A stretch of 64,000 bases of DNA, from the NCBI GenBank assembly GCA_021432655.1, contig MU271322.1, positions 1-64,000 on the forward strand, read 5' to 3'. This DNA comes from Atractiella rhizophila (Eukaryota). Positions 10,800 to 23,343 of the stretch are shown one piece after another (within the stretch, counting starts at the first letter, position 1; each line of letters opens with the position of its first letter). Position numbers and translations under genes: made by a program. The notes below the pieces were generated by a model. That model ran no database searches. It was not told the DNA's origin and worked only from the letters and a program-made list of their open reading frames with translations.

Positions 10800-11284
10800 T
10801 TTTGACTTTGGTAGGAGGTGGTGGATTGGGATTTCGATGTTGGGGTGAAGTGTTTAATGGGCATGAGTCGTAGTTTGTTTTTCTCTTGAGTCTGATTCAT
10901 GTTGATTGGGTTCAGTACACCTTTGGATTGCTGCAGATTCAGAAATGTTTGATAATAGCCTTCTACTATAGTGTAATTCAACCCTTTTCTGTCCATCACT
11001 CCCTCCATAGTTCCGACCGCCACGGAAGCAAAGAAATGATCGACGAGCCGACGAGCAACAAGCCGCGATAAAAGAAGAGCCCCATTTATTTGACAGAGAT
11101 TTTCCTTGGATGTACCACTATAGAAGAGTGATATACCGCTGACGAGGTGTGTCAGCGCTGTGCCATCTCATTCTCATTCTCAGACTCAACCCACTTTATC
11201 AACTTATCAAAGGTGGAGCCATCAAAATAAAGACTGCGATAGACACACTGGCATCCACATAAAATATTAGTCAACTATTAGACC

Positions 11285-13115
11285 ATGCCATCTCGTGACT
11301 CGCTCGCCATCTATGGCATCTCGTTGTTCGTCTCAATCTCAGGTCTTTGTTTCGGCTTCGATACAGGATCGTTCGTATTCCTCCCCTATCCTGCGTCCGC
11401 CCTGACATTGAGTGCGAAGCATTGCACCCGTCACCCTCATGCCATCGTTTGAAAAGAAGTTTTCGCCCGACCGTCCCCTCTCAGAAATCGTACGAGGTCT
11501 GATCGTTTCTTCGATTCTTATCACTGCCACAATTTTTGGGATCCTTGCTGGACCATTGTCGGACAGGTTCAGTCGGAAATATACAATCTCCCTTGGCGGA
11601 GGAGTCTTCGCCATTGGCAGCGCGCTTGCGGCGGCAGCGGATGGGTTGCCTCTTCTTTTCGTCGGGAGGCTCATCGCTGGAGCGGGTGAAGGATTGTTCT
11701 TGAGCACTGCATCCATCTACGTGTTCGTCATCCTCGTCCTGATCCTTCCGATCCAGAAAACGCGAGTAACTCTGAGCTGACTGGAGAATTGGTTGGTGCC
11801 ACAGAATCGAAATCGCTCCGCTCTCACTCAGAGGGAGGCTGCAAGCGTTAATTCAGGTCATGATTAATGTAGGTATCCCGGCTGGCTTCTTTATATGTTA
11901 CGCGCTCCAACGGGCTCTTCCGCATTCCGCCCTTTCCTGGCGCCTCGTCTTTGTTTTTCAAGCTATCTTTGCTTCTATCATGGCTATCGGAGCACCATTT
12001 CTCCCTTACTCTCCCAGGTGGCTAAGGATGCAAGGTCGGGTGGAAGAAGCGAGAGAGGTGTTGGATAGACTACACAAGAAGGAGGCGGAGGTGGAGAAGG
12101 AAGAAATTTTGAATGCAGTCCAAGTTCAAGGGAACGTGAGCTTCAAGGAGTTGTTCAGTAAGATGAATCGGGGACGGACGATTTTGGCTTGCTATCTCTT
12201 CGCCAGTCAACAGCTGTGTGGAATCGACGGTTCGTCGACAATATCGTCCATATCCAACTTTGCTGACACATTCTTCTTCAGCCGTGTTGTACTATGCTCC
12301 GGTCGTGTTCGCAAATGCAGGTCTGAGCGCGACCACATCTTCCCTCATCGCTTCAGGAGTGACAGGAATCGTGCTCCTTCTCGTGGTCATCTTCGTCGCA
12401 CCATTCATGGACCGTCTGGGTCGTCGAACGCTGGCCATATACGGCGGGATCACCATCGCCTTTTCTCTATTCATGCAAGGCATCCTGTACGCTTCGAAGG
12501 CGACGAATGCGGCTGGAGCAAGGTGGACCGTTATAGCGATGATCGAGGTGTTCATCGTTGCCTTCGCCGCTAGTTGGGGAGTGGGAATGAGGATGTACAT
12601 CTCTGAAATCCAAAGCGGGAGGACGAGGGCAGCGGCGACTAGTTTGGCCACGGTCAGTAGCTCTGTTTCTCGCTCGGTAGATCGGTTGAAGGGAGAAATA
12701 CAGGCGACTAATCAAGGAGTGAACTTCTTGATCGCATTGACTACTCCCCTCTTCCTCGCAGCCTCATCTTCCGGCCCTTACTTCCTCTTTGGCAGTCCGT
12801 CTTCTCCCCTCTTTCTCCGACGTTGGGATAGCTGATAACATGTTGATAGGTACGACTACTCTCGCGGTCATCATTTGCTTGCTTTACATGCCTGAAACCC
12901 GAGGCGTTTCACTTGAGAACATCGATAAGGCTTTCCAGGACCACGTACATCTTAAACGCTGGAAGGCGCGCCTACACTCCCTCTCTTGCTTCCGCAACGG
13001 CAAAGAGCAGGCCTCGCCAGAGAGCGAGGACGAATCGGAACCAGGTGTTGAGCTGCCAGTTGTTGAAAGAACGGAAACGGAAATCCCGAAAAGTGAAGTG
13101 GTCGTTGCAGCCTGA
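11285..13115 (+). CDS. MFS sugar porter family transporter; multi-exon
   Basis: GLCFGFDTG, GPLSDRFSRK, GRLIAGAGEG, EIAPLSLRGRL, PYSPRWL, QQLCGID, DRLGRR, SEIQSGRTRA, PETRGVSLENID. Confidence 0.93.
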
Positions 13116-13443
13116 AGCCTGAAAGGCCTGAATCTGAGTGTTAGCTTTTCGGAAGTCAGAATTGATAACTGTTCTGTTAAGTTGTATGAATATGGAAGCT
13201 GTAGAAATCCTCCCCATTCAAGTTGCAATCATGATAGAAGCTCCACGGCTTTCTGCGCCATTTTTTTGACGTGTCACCTTGATAGGCAACGGAATGGTAT
13301 TGCCTTTACAATTTGGGAACCTCATGGCGAATTTCAACCGAAGCAAGGAGTGATAATCCCATGAAAGTGAAAGAGTGAAGGAGGGCGGGCATTTGACGTA
13401 TCGCCGATGGGTAAGTCCGATAGGATTGGACGACGAAGTAACC

Positions 13444-14816
13444 ATGTTATCTCAGTTGTTCGTAACTCTTTTACTATCACTTGTGTCAGTTGTAGCGGCG
13501 GAGGATAAAGGCGTAGGGGCATGCGAAGTGATTGAGGTTGACGGGAAGGTGTACGACTTGGGTGGGCTCACTCGAGGTTCGTCTTCCTTCTACACTTTCA
13601 GCTGCCTCGCAATAGCGACAGAATGGAGCCCGACTGATTAACTGGCGAACAGGGAATGACTACACGCTCGATGATGGAAGCGGTGGGAAGGTGTACATCA
13701 AGTAAGTCAGTCTCGCACCACCGCCTTGCACACGCAGCAGCTCCACGTCTTCCCCCCCTTTCTGCGTAAAGGAATACTGACTGCTATCCCGGTCCTTCTG
13801 CACGGATTCTTGGAAACGATAATGAAGCATCTGCCAATCCGTACGCACGGAAATAGCCATCTCAAACCCTGAAAAAGTCGGAATATTCTCCGAGAGCGAC
13901 TCAGGACTATTATCGCTCGGGTTCGGCTTTCCTTTCTCACATCTTTTCAATGCTGACATAACTGACGGTGCAGGTCCTTCAACACCACTCCCACGCTGCT
14001 CTCTCCTCTTCTCTCTAACACGAACGATGTCCTCCGTCCGCCACATTCTTCTATCTCCCTCCTCTACTCCTCTGGCTCTTCCTGCCCCTCCTCCTCATCT
14101 CAATCCACATACTCCACTATCTTTACCTTCACATGCGATTACCACGCAATGTCCTACCTCGACCTCGCCTCCGAAGATCGAAACGAGGAAATCTACCTTG
14201 TCTCCTCCGCAGACGGATGCACCAAGTTCGTCTCCTGGAAAACTCCCTGGGCGTGTCCAAGAGAAGGTGAGCTGATGAGTTGGTGGCGGTGGACACGACA
14301 TGTCTTCCGCTTCATCTTCGGCGGCGTCTTCCTGTGCGTCTCCCCAATCCGTTTGCAAAAAAAAATTAAACAAAACCCCGAAGAAAAACCAATGAATGTA
14401 TTAGTGCACTCATAGTTTTTGCGGTCTATAACATCTACTCCCGCATACGATCTTACACCAGCAGTGGAGGTGCCAGATACACTTCCCTGCCCACTGGTCC
14501 CACCCCTTCCTCTGGAAGCAGAGGAGGCATCTCCGGCACTTTCGAATGGACCAAAGACATGATCGTTATCAGTGGCATCTTTGTTCTGGACAAGCTCGAA
14601 TCTGCAAAGGATGTGGTGTTCGGAGCTGGGACGTGGGGAGAGGACAGAGAGCAGCGCTGGAAGTTCTGGAGGAGGACGGGGGGGAGAGGGACGGAAGGCG
14701 CTATTGGTATTGGGAGAGGGGGGGAATATTGGAGGGATAGGGAGAGGTTGTTGGATGATGATGAGGACGGTGAGGGTGAAGGTGACGCAAGGGAGAGGTT
14801 CAGAGATGATATCTGA
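13444..14816 (+). CDS. Type I membrane protein with a mannose-6-phosphate-receptor-homology (MRH) domain (Mrl1/Atg27-like); 4 introns
   Basis: Signal peptide; C...VYDLGGL, VYIN|ICQSV, YSSGSSCP, FTCD, CTKFVSWKTPWACP; one TM segment; cytosolic tail with ERLLDDDE. Confidence 0.8.
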
Positions 14817-15045
14817 GTTGCCCTATGGATAAGATTGAGAATCAGAGTATTTTATGTTGTTTCTTAGCTAGAACCGCTGTAATGGATTCAGATGGATGGA
14901 CCATTTCTGCTTTCCATGAGGCGACGAGAGTAAAGTTGCACAGGGTATAAAGTAACAAAAAAGGAACAGATGACATAAAATAACTCCTTCCTGTCAAGTC
15001 CATCTTCACACATCTAAATCATCACATCATTCCTCTACTTCAAAT

Positions 15046-18000
15046 CTACTCAGCTCCTTCAAAAATATCTACCTCAACACTCTCTTCCACCTCCTTCCAA
15101 TCCACCCCCTTCTCAGCGTAAACGCCTTCGTAAGCGCTCACGCTCAACCTATAAAAGAAAGGTTCGAGATCTTCCAATCCTTCCAACCTTGTATTCGCCT
15201 TAAACCTCGCCAAGAGAGGCCGTCGGAGGCCCGTCGAAGGGGAGAGACCGTTATTCAGGTCTATGTTCGGATGGGGAGTGTGCGTAGAGGACAGGTTCCG
15301 GTGCAGGATTTCTCCTAAACGGTCGAGAATAGCCGTTGGCGTCCAGAGAGACGGAGGGTAAACTGCGTCCACCGTGTCTGTGAGGAACATCCATTGGTGT
15401 CTGGCCACCCACGACCGATGGGTCAGTATTGAATGAGGGGAAGAGAAGGAACGGACATTTGGAACTCCTCGGTTTGGAGGACTAGGACGAGGTCGAGGAA
15501 TTTACAGGCAGACAGAACGAGGGAAAGTTGGTCAGGTGTGCATTGGATTGAATCTAGGAGAGATTCAAAAAGGCGTAACTACGTTGTTAATGTGAGAAAA
15601 TAAAATATTAGTGAAGAGAACTGAGGCGACGCATGGAGTGGCACGTACGAGCTCCGTGAGGATGACAGGCCAGAACGTTGACAGGTGTTGATTCGATATT
15701 CGACAGAGTACAACGCGCAAGCAGAGGTAGACCTACACGCAGCAGGCTCATTAAATGCCAAAGGAGGGAATAAAATAAACATACCTCGGCATGAACAATC
15801 TCCCCAACAGGGCTCCTCAGTAAGTCCACTAACTTTTCCTGAATCTTTGGCAGCTGATTCAGATATCCATTCTTATCCCCCGTGAAAATCGCATAGCTCA
15901 TGCGTCTAATACTAATAGCTCTAAGCAGGGCTTCGTGCTCTCGATTCGTGAATATATTGGCGGAGGCAGCGGTCGAGATCTTCGAAACCAACTCGTTGAA
16001 TCGTTCCTTGTCGGAAGCAAGGAAGGATTGAATGATTGGCTTCCATTTCGTGTCTGAAGAGGGGGGAGAGTTGAAGAAACGATTGTCCGCGAAGAGCTCG
16101 GAGACCAAAGGACGCCAAGATTTAAGCGCAGAAGGGACTTGAGTGAGCTCAATCAGTAGGTCGAGGATGGAGTCATCCACTACGAAAGACCTGAGCGAGA
16201 GTCAAAATTTGAACCAATGCAAACAGTAAAGAAGGAAACATTTACTTTGACTTGGATTTGAAAGCCGGCGCGACGACATAATAGATGACGTTGGCGCAGA
16301 GGCCGTTGATCTTGTCGTTCTCTATCAGAAAACGCTTGAAATTGGCCACGACGCGAACGGCAAGAAAGTCGATTATCTACAGTCGATGAGTTGCCCATGC
16401 AAATATCTGGGGTTGGAAACTCACTGTGTAACCAGGAGAGCCGTCTAGTGGGGAAGTATCGTCCTTTTCTTTCTCTTTTTCCTCATCATCGACACCGTTT
16501 GGCATCCTTGACTTCCATCCTGTTGACTCAAGTGCTTTGCCTCCAATGAGGATAACAGCATCTACTAAACGAACGAAGACATCTTGTAGTTCTCGCCGTA
16601 TCCGGCGATCTTCCAGGGCACTTGTGCGTGCGACCCGCTCAGCCAGAGTAGTGAAGCATCGTAGGCAGGGAAAAGACCAGGGTCTCCCCACTACAGCGCC
16701 CAAGTTCAGGACAGAGCGGCAGAACACCATACACTGGTTCCAAACTTGCACCGCAATCGGTCCCTCTAGGGTTTCAAGGTACCGTTCTAAGAAGACAAAC
16801 AATGTTGGAGCATCCCTAAAGAGATCATCAAGAAATGTATGACGAGTGCCGGAAAGCACGTACTGAGGTGTAAACAAGGTAGGTGGAATCTTCTTCTCCG
16901 TGTTCATCCCCAACCGCAATGACAATTTGTCAAAGAGCATGCCAACCATTGCCTGTGCACTCGGTGTGAGATGATCGATTAATGAGAAGACAGCTTTCTC
17001 CTTGGCAGGTGAAGTCTTCTTCCGCATATACAATTAGCATTTCGTAGTTCTAAAACAAAATAGAACTCGCCTCTTCCCCAAGAAGGGAGTATTCGATCGC
17101 ACATTCGAGCACATCTCCTGGCATGACCTTGTAGAGGCGTTCGGCAACTTTCCGAGTTCGTTGCTTGATCTTGCTAGCAACCGTCTGTTGAAGGTCGCCC
17201 GATGCTGATGGGGACGGAGAGGATTCTTCCAGTGCAGAAGATACTTGCCAAGAGTAAAAGAAGAGTTCGATAGCTTGGGCAAATCGCTGGGAAGCCGCCT
17301 CCTTGACCTGGCATGTTTCTCAATGGATGGTTATTTTGCGAGATGGAACACATACATTCGAAGGCTCCTCCGCTGCCAATGCTCCTGAGGAATCAGAGGT
17401 GCCTAAAACGTTGCTCATGTATCCAAATAGCCCGGTTTCGGTGCTGCTCTTCTCCAGGCCTTTCCCGTCTTCCTCTGCTCCAAGAATGTGCTTGACCTCT
17501 TCAAAGGAGAGGAGGAGAACACGTTCCAGAGCATTCGTCAACACGACATACTCCAACTCGCTGGCGGGGTTCTCAATCTGCTTCCCTTTTGACATCGGGT
17601 CGTTCGTCTTCTCTAATCTGAGGATGAAGCCCCGCAGGTGCAACACCAGGCAATCGAGGAGCGGGAGGAACATGATCTGCAACGATTTCCTGAACTCTCC
17701 GATCGTCATGAGGAAGAAGTCAACCCAATGGTGAAGGATCGCGATGTCCTTCTGAGTCGAGAGACCATCCATAAGGACTTGTACGAGGAGGGGATCCTGT
17801 GCTACAGGCGAGATGGCGGTATTGATGTGGGCATCATTCGAGCCGCTGCTCTCAGCGACCATAGCTTGATTCTTGCTCTCCTGTCTCCTCGAATGGACAC
17901 CGACAGCGTGTATGACGGGATGTAAGACGTGGAGGTACTTGTTCTGCAAATCAAGTTCCTGTCTATCGAGGCAAATTAGAAGCCTGGAGGTGAGTGCACG

Positions 18001-21000
18001 TTGAATGAGGAGGAGGGTGTCAAGATCGAGCTCTCCACGAGAGACCAGGGTTTGTAGGAGGTCGGCGACAGTGGCGTGTATCGCGCTATTGAGCTTTGAC
18101 ATCGACTCCGCGAGGTGGTCTGCCGGCTCGCTCCTTAATAACCTTTGCAGGAATTCAGCCTCTTGCTTATGAGGTGCAACGGAAGGTCGAAAACGAACCT
18201 CACTAGCAGCTCCACCAACGCCGCAAGGTAGCTCATTTCCCCTAAACCTACCATTGCACATCTGCCCTTAACTTCTGCATCAAAGCTCCCGTCCACCTTC
18301 GTCGCGTTCGCAAGTCTCGTGAAACCTTGACCTCCAAACCTGACTAGGTGCAGGAGAATCTCCAAAGTAAACTTCGTCCTGGCCTGATCAAACACCTTTT
18401 CATATGTCCATACCCCAACCTCTTTTCCTCGCATCTGGTGCGTGCGCATTTCTCGCTGAATCGAAGGGTCGAGGAGAACGAGGAGGATCGGGTCGAGGAC
18501 GCGGATGTAGGATTTAAGGGAGCAGCGAAGCCAGGCTTCGCCCAGGCGACGAAGGGACATGTTGTCCGAACGGAGGCAGTCGAGCATCACAAACATCGGC
18601 GTTTTAAGGACTTTTCCTGGCAGCATTTCATCCGCTACGAATTGACGCTTCGTCAAAACCATGGTACAGGGCGAAGAGGGAAAACTCACGAGTGCTTCGC
18701 CATAGGATCCCAAAGCCTTCATAAGCACTTGGGTCCTTCGTTGCCAGCCTTTCCGCGACTTTAGTCTCGACATAAGACCTCTTCGAGAGCGAATCGAGTG
18801 CCCAGAGCATTTCCGTCACTTTTACATGGTCCTTCGCATGTTCCGGGCTGAGATAGTCGAGCAACTATCACCCAGTTCCATTTCAGGACCGACCACAAAG
18901 GCAAGGACAACCGACCTTATCGATCAGTTTCTCAACCGTCCGCCGACTCTCAAGCTTCAATCTAGGTCTTATCCCACTCGCAGCGATCTCCAAGATAGTC
19001 TGAACGGTTTCCACCTCTCCTTCTCCCTCTCCTTCAGCCGCATCTCCAAACACGCCTTGGATCCAAGTACCCCAGCCTCCATCCGGCGCTCTAACTGCGA
19101 GTTCATCGTGTCCCACTCTCCTCGTCAATTCCCTAATCAACCTAAACGTCTCCCCTCCCATTCCTCCCACCTTCAACCTCAAAGCTCGTCCTAAGCCAGC
19201 AGACAACAGTTCCCTCCCCTCTTCCCCTTTCCCCTCTCCCTCCCCTCCGCCATCGCCAGAAACATCTAAAACGCGTTCCATAGCCTTCAACGCGGTGCCT
19301 TCTTCCGTCGGTATCCGTCGGACACTTTCTACGTTCCCTTGCGCGAAGTAAGGAGCAGGAGTGATCTCGAGCATCAGACGGATGAGCTCTAGTCGTCGAG
19401 GGCTTGGTGGGCTGTGTAGGTCCAGAAGGGCAAAGGCGAGACGGGGGATGTGAAGCGTAAGGGACTCGTCGTCGTGAAGGATGAAGGTGCGGAGGACGAA
19501 TAGGAGGAGGGAGACCGTCTATCCCATCATCTCCTTCATGAGCCCTCCAACCTAAAATGGACGGATATGGAGACAGGAAGTGCATACGGATTCTTGATTC
19601 TCTTGGTGCTTCCCTTCCTCCAGAATGCTCTTCCATAGACACCTCCATACTATTCCCGGGTCTAACGAATCAATCAACATGTTCGCGCTCATGATGACTT
19701 CGTCGTGCGCCTCCCCTCCCTCCGACGCCTCCTTCAACGCTTGAAGCATCCCAACAATTCCGTATTCCGTAAGCGTCGCGCCGATCTCCCACTTGTCAAG
19801 TAGGGAGATGAATATCTTGAACGGTCTCTGCTTCCTCTCACGTATCTGATTCTGACCCCCAGTTGCAATTTCATATCAGATATGTTCTGCTTGACATAGA
19901 GAGGGACGGACGAAGAGTGCTGTGGCCACATATTTCACTCCATGTTCGTTGAAGAATCCTAACTGTTTCTCCGTCGCATCGTCCTTTCCTAAAAGCCAAG
20001 TATAAAGTCGTCGACTCAGACTCAAGTCTCTGCGCAACACTATTCCCAAAGCAGCATCTACGACCAACACGCGATCTCCCTCTCTGGCCCTATCCCATCC
20101 ATTCGTCAGCTTATTATGCTGGGGCGACTTGGATTGAAGGAAATAAAAGCGAGAGGCAATACTCACTGCTCGAAGCCCTTCCCGTTGAGGGGTAACAAAT
20201 TACAACACAAATCGAGAGCACCCCTCAACACGAGCAAATTCTCATCCGTCAACGCCGCCGCCATCGCTCTAATCATCAACCCGAGGTCCTCGCCAACCAA
20301 CGGTTGCACATCCTCGCCCAAACCGACGCTTCCAGCAGGGAACTTCTTCAGGAGGAAGTTCAAGACAGAGGTTCGGAGGGAAGGAGAGCTCTTGAGAATT
20401 ATCCACAGGGTTTGGATGAGGAAGCTTTGGGGTTCTAAGGCGGATTGGAGGGAGGAGAGGAGGGAGAATACGCCTTCGAACGAGTCGGAGGACTCTTCTT
20501 CGAGCCCGGGGAGGAGAGAGAGAAGTAGGGAACGCGTGATTGGACGTAGAGCAGGTGCGGGGAGGGGGAGGTAGAAGCGATTGAGGAGTTGGAGGACAAG
20601 GGGCTATTGTACACATTCGACGTTGGGATAAAAAAGTATGATGCAGTAGACAAGAAAGTGACGTACCCGCACGCTTGTGGACGCCGATGCGAAGAAGGGG
20701 AAGATGCCGGATGACCAAACTGCGAGGTCGCGCTTGAGATTCTCAGTCTGCGTCGTAGGATGAGGAGATGGTCAGCGAAGGTACAAGGAGGAAATGATGA
20801 GGTGGAGATGACTGACTCCTATCCGCTCAAATATCACTGTGTACACTTCCAATGCCCTCTGGTGCACTCCCGTTGGCAAGGCCGGGTTGAGGCATTGTGA
20901 GAGCCTTTTGGAGACCACAAGCCGGTGTGGGATTAGAGTGAATGGTGGTGATTGTTGCAATGTCTGAAGGCCGTAATCAACACACCACGAACTTGTAGGG

Positions 21001-21322
21001 GAAAGAGGCCGACCTTAAGAAGTTTGGCGAGGAAAGTGATGAAGTCTGCCCATTCATTCACGCTTTCGAAAGACAACAGTGTCTTTTCCACCGCAGTTGA
21101 GAATTTTCGATATTTCGGATCTTCATTGAGCACTGTCCAGCAACAACATAAAATCAGCTGCTACGCTCCGAACGGGCATAATGACGCACCTTTCTCCTGG
21201 ACAGCAATGCTCCAATTGCTTGCTGAAGTCGAAGAAGCGGGCGAAAAAGCGACTGAAGCTTGGGAGGAGGTGAGTGACTGGGAAGGGGTGGATGGACGCG
21301 CGGTGGAGAGCAGGTTGAGCAT
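15046..21322 (-). CDS. DOP1: Dopey family Golgi-endosome trafficking protein; multi-exon
   Basis: Dopey_N motifs DPKYRKFSTAVEKTLLSFESVNEWADFITFLAKLLK, VSKRLSQCLNPALPTGVHQRALEVY, LLVLRGALDL, LRRDLSLSRRLYTWLLG; C-terminal LLSACKFLDLVLVLQTEEFQ|HQWMFLTDT. Spliced start MLNLLST at 21322. Confidence 0.95.
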
Positions 21323-21574
21323 TGCGACGAATGCACTTTGGCTGCTTTAGCAATGATTGACTTGACAATGGGAGTGAAGCTGATGCGCTGCAGCTGCTGT
21401 CACCCAGACAAGCGTCCGAATGGAGACGTGTTCCGTTGACCCCTTAGGACACCCAAGTGGAAGTGCAGAAACCCCTCAAGTTGATCCCGATATTCCAAGT
21501 GGTCGACGATATTACATTCGATTGCTGCTAGTAAGGTGACCGAGTAATCGCTGAAGCATCTGCAGAAAGAAACG

Positions 21575-22342
21575 ATGGGACGTCCGGTGACACTCGCCAC
21601 GCTAACATCCGTCTGGAGCTGGGAGAGTTCCTATCACGTTGTCTTGGGGCTCGTACTGGGACTGTCAGTGTGGAACTCATTTGTGCGCTTCACCTCACAT
21701 TTTTCTTACAAATATCGTGGTCTGGATAAATTGTCCTGATGAGGAATGCGAATAGGTAGCAGGACCAATCCAGTTCAAGTCCCTGCCGCGCCAAATGTTC
21801 GGCACCCTGCAATCGAGGCAATTCCCCGCCTACTTCGCAGCACAGACCCTCTCCTCCGTCTACCTTCTCGCTTTCTTCTATTATTCAAGTCCAGATCTCC
21901 TTCACCTGTACTCTCCGCTACAAGACGAGCGGACGTTCAATTTCTACCTGATTGCTGCCGGGATGTTGGGGACTGCGGTCACCAATCGGTTAATCGTTGG
22001 CCCTTGGACGAATGGGTATGTCCCATCCTATCGTGCGACTCAGAGTGGTTTCTGATTCTGATTCTGATTCTGATGGTATAGAATTATGAAGGAACGGCAC
22101 AAGCTGGAACGAGCAGAAGGCAAATCATACACGGATAAAGACGTATGCCTGCTCCTGCTTGTCACGACATCAGCGTTATGAACTTGCGGATTATTTATCA
22201 GGTCTCGCCAGAGATGAAAGCCCTCTCCACCCGCTTCGCCAAAGCTCATGGCGTCTCAAGTCTCCTCAATCTCGTCTTCATCCTCGCTGCCCTATGGCAT
22301 ACCGCTTGGGCAGCTACCAATTTCGGACGAAGTGTTGATTGA
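21575..22342 (+). CDS. TMEM205/DUF4149-like membrane protein; 3 introns
   Basis: WNSFV|AGPIQFKSLPRQMFGTLQSRQFPAYF, NRLIVGPWT, MKERHKLE, LSTRFAKAHGVSSLLNL. Confidence 0.88.
22051..22074 (+). repeat. (TCTGAT)4 microsatellite inside intron 2 of the TMEM205-like gene
   Basis: Direct reading: tctgattctgattctgattctgat. Confidence 0.9.
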
Positions 22343-23343
22343 TGGAGGAGATCATAAATCTTCGGACGAGAAAGATATCGGGGATGGATCGTTCGTTTGT
22401 TCCCTAGGTTCGCCGTTACTGAGGATGGTGAATTTAACACCTCTTAAATTTAGTCGCATGTTGCATGTGAATGTATATGCAGATTCGCCATCCTAGAATC
22501 ATCGACCACCTTGCTGGCATTCCTCTTTCTTCATTTCCTCCGATGCATCGAGGGATATTGTGTTTATGAGCAAGAAGAGCCTCGTCCTCCTTACGACATA
22601 TCAAGCTGAATCAGCATGTTTGGTTTCGCAAGGATTTCCTGCTCGATATTCAATAATCGATAATCAAGATTGAATATTCATATCGAAACATCAAAGTTCG
22701 AAGTTTCATATTCACCTCCTTCATGCCTTTGAAGGTTAACTTCAGAAGGAAGAGGAATGGAGTTCTACAATATTAGATAATCTGAATGGGTCGTTCAAAT
22801 CCACAGCCACTTAGCGTTTTCCAGAAACAATACAGCAACAACGTTCCCCTTCTCTGAAAATGGGCTGAGACTCGTAGAGCTTCTAAATCGCTTTCAGCTG
22901 CTCAGATTTGTTCATTCGGTGTCGACGAATCGATGATGCCTTCATCTTTTCGCTGATTCATGCATAAATTCAGGCGTTCTTCAGTTCGGTAGGGTTAGGG
23001 CTTGACGCCTTCAAAAACTGACAAGTTGTTTGCGCCAATCGAACACGCCCGCATCTCAGCTTTCTGAGCGCGTGCCCCATCACAAGCAGCGCTTCAAAGA
23101 GTCGCCAGTTCGCTTTTGATCTGTTCCAGTGAATTGTGTGGAGAGGCTGCGAACCGACTGCGAAAGATTATTTGAGCGGGGCGACGATCTCATAACTCTC
23201 GACCTCCCAACAAAAAGCCCAGACCTTCCTTCCGTCCTCCCGTCCTACCTACGCGGTCAACTGAACTGTACGCTTCCATCGTCCCTCTGCTCTCGTACTA
23301 CTGTGATACTGAAACTACTGATCGAAAGATTGAAAGAGGAAAC

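Noticed and set aside
22990..23000. TAGGGTTAGGG telomere-like motif
   Set aside because: Fewer than two full units; chance occurrence.
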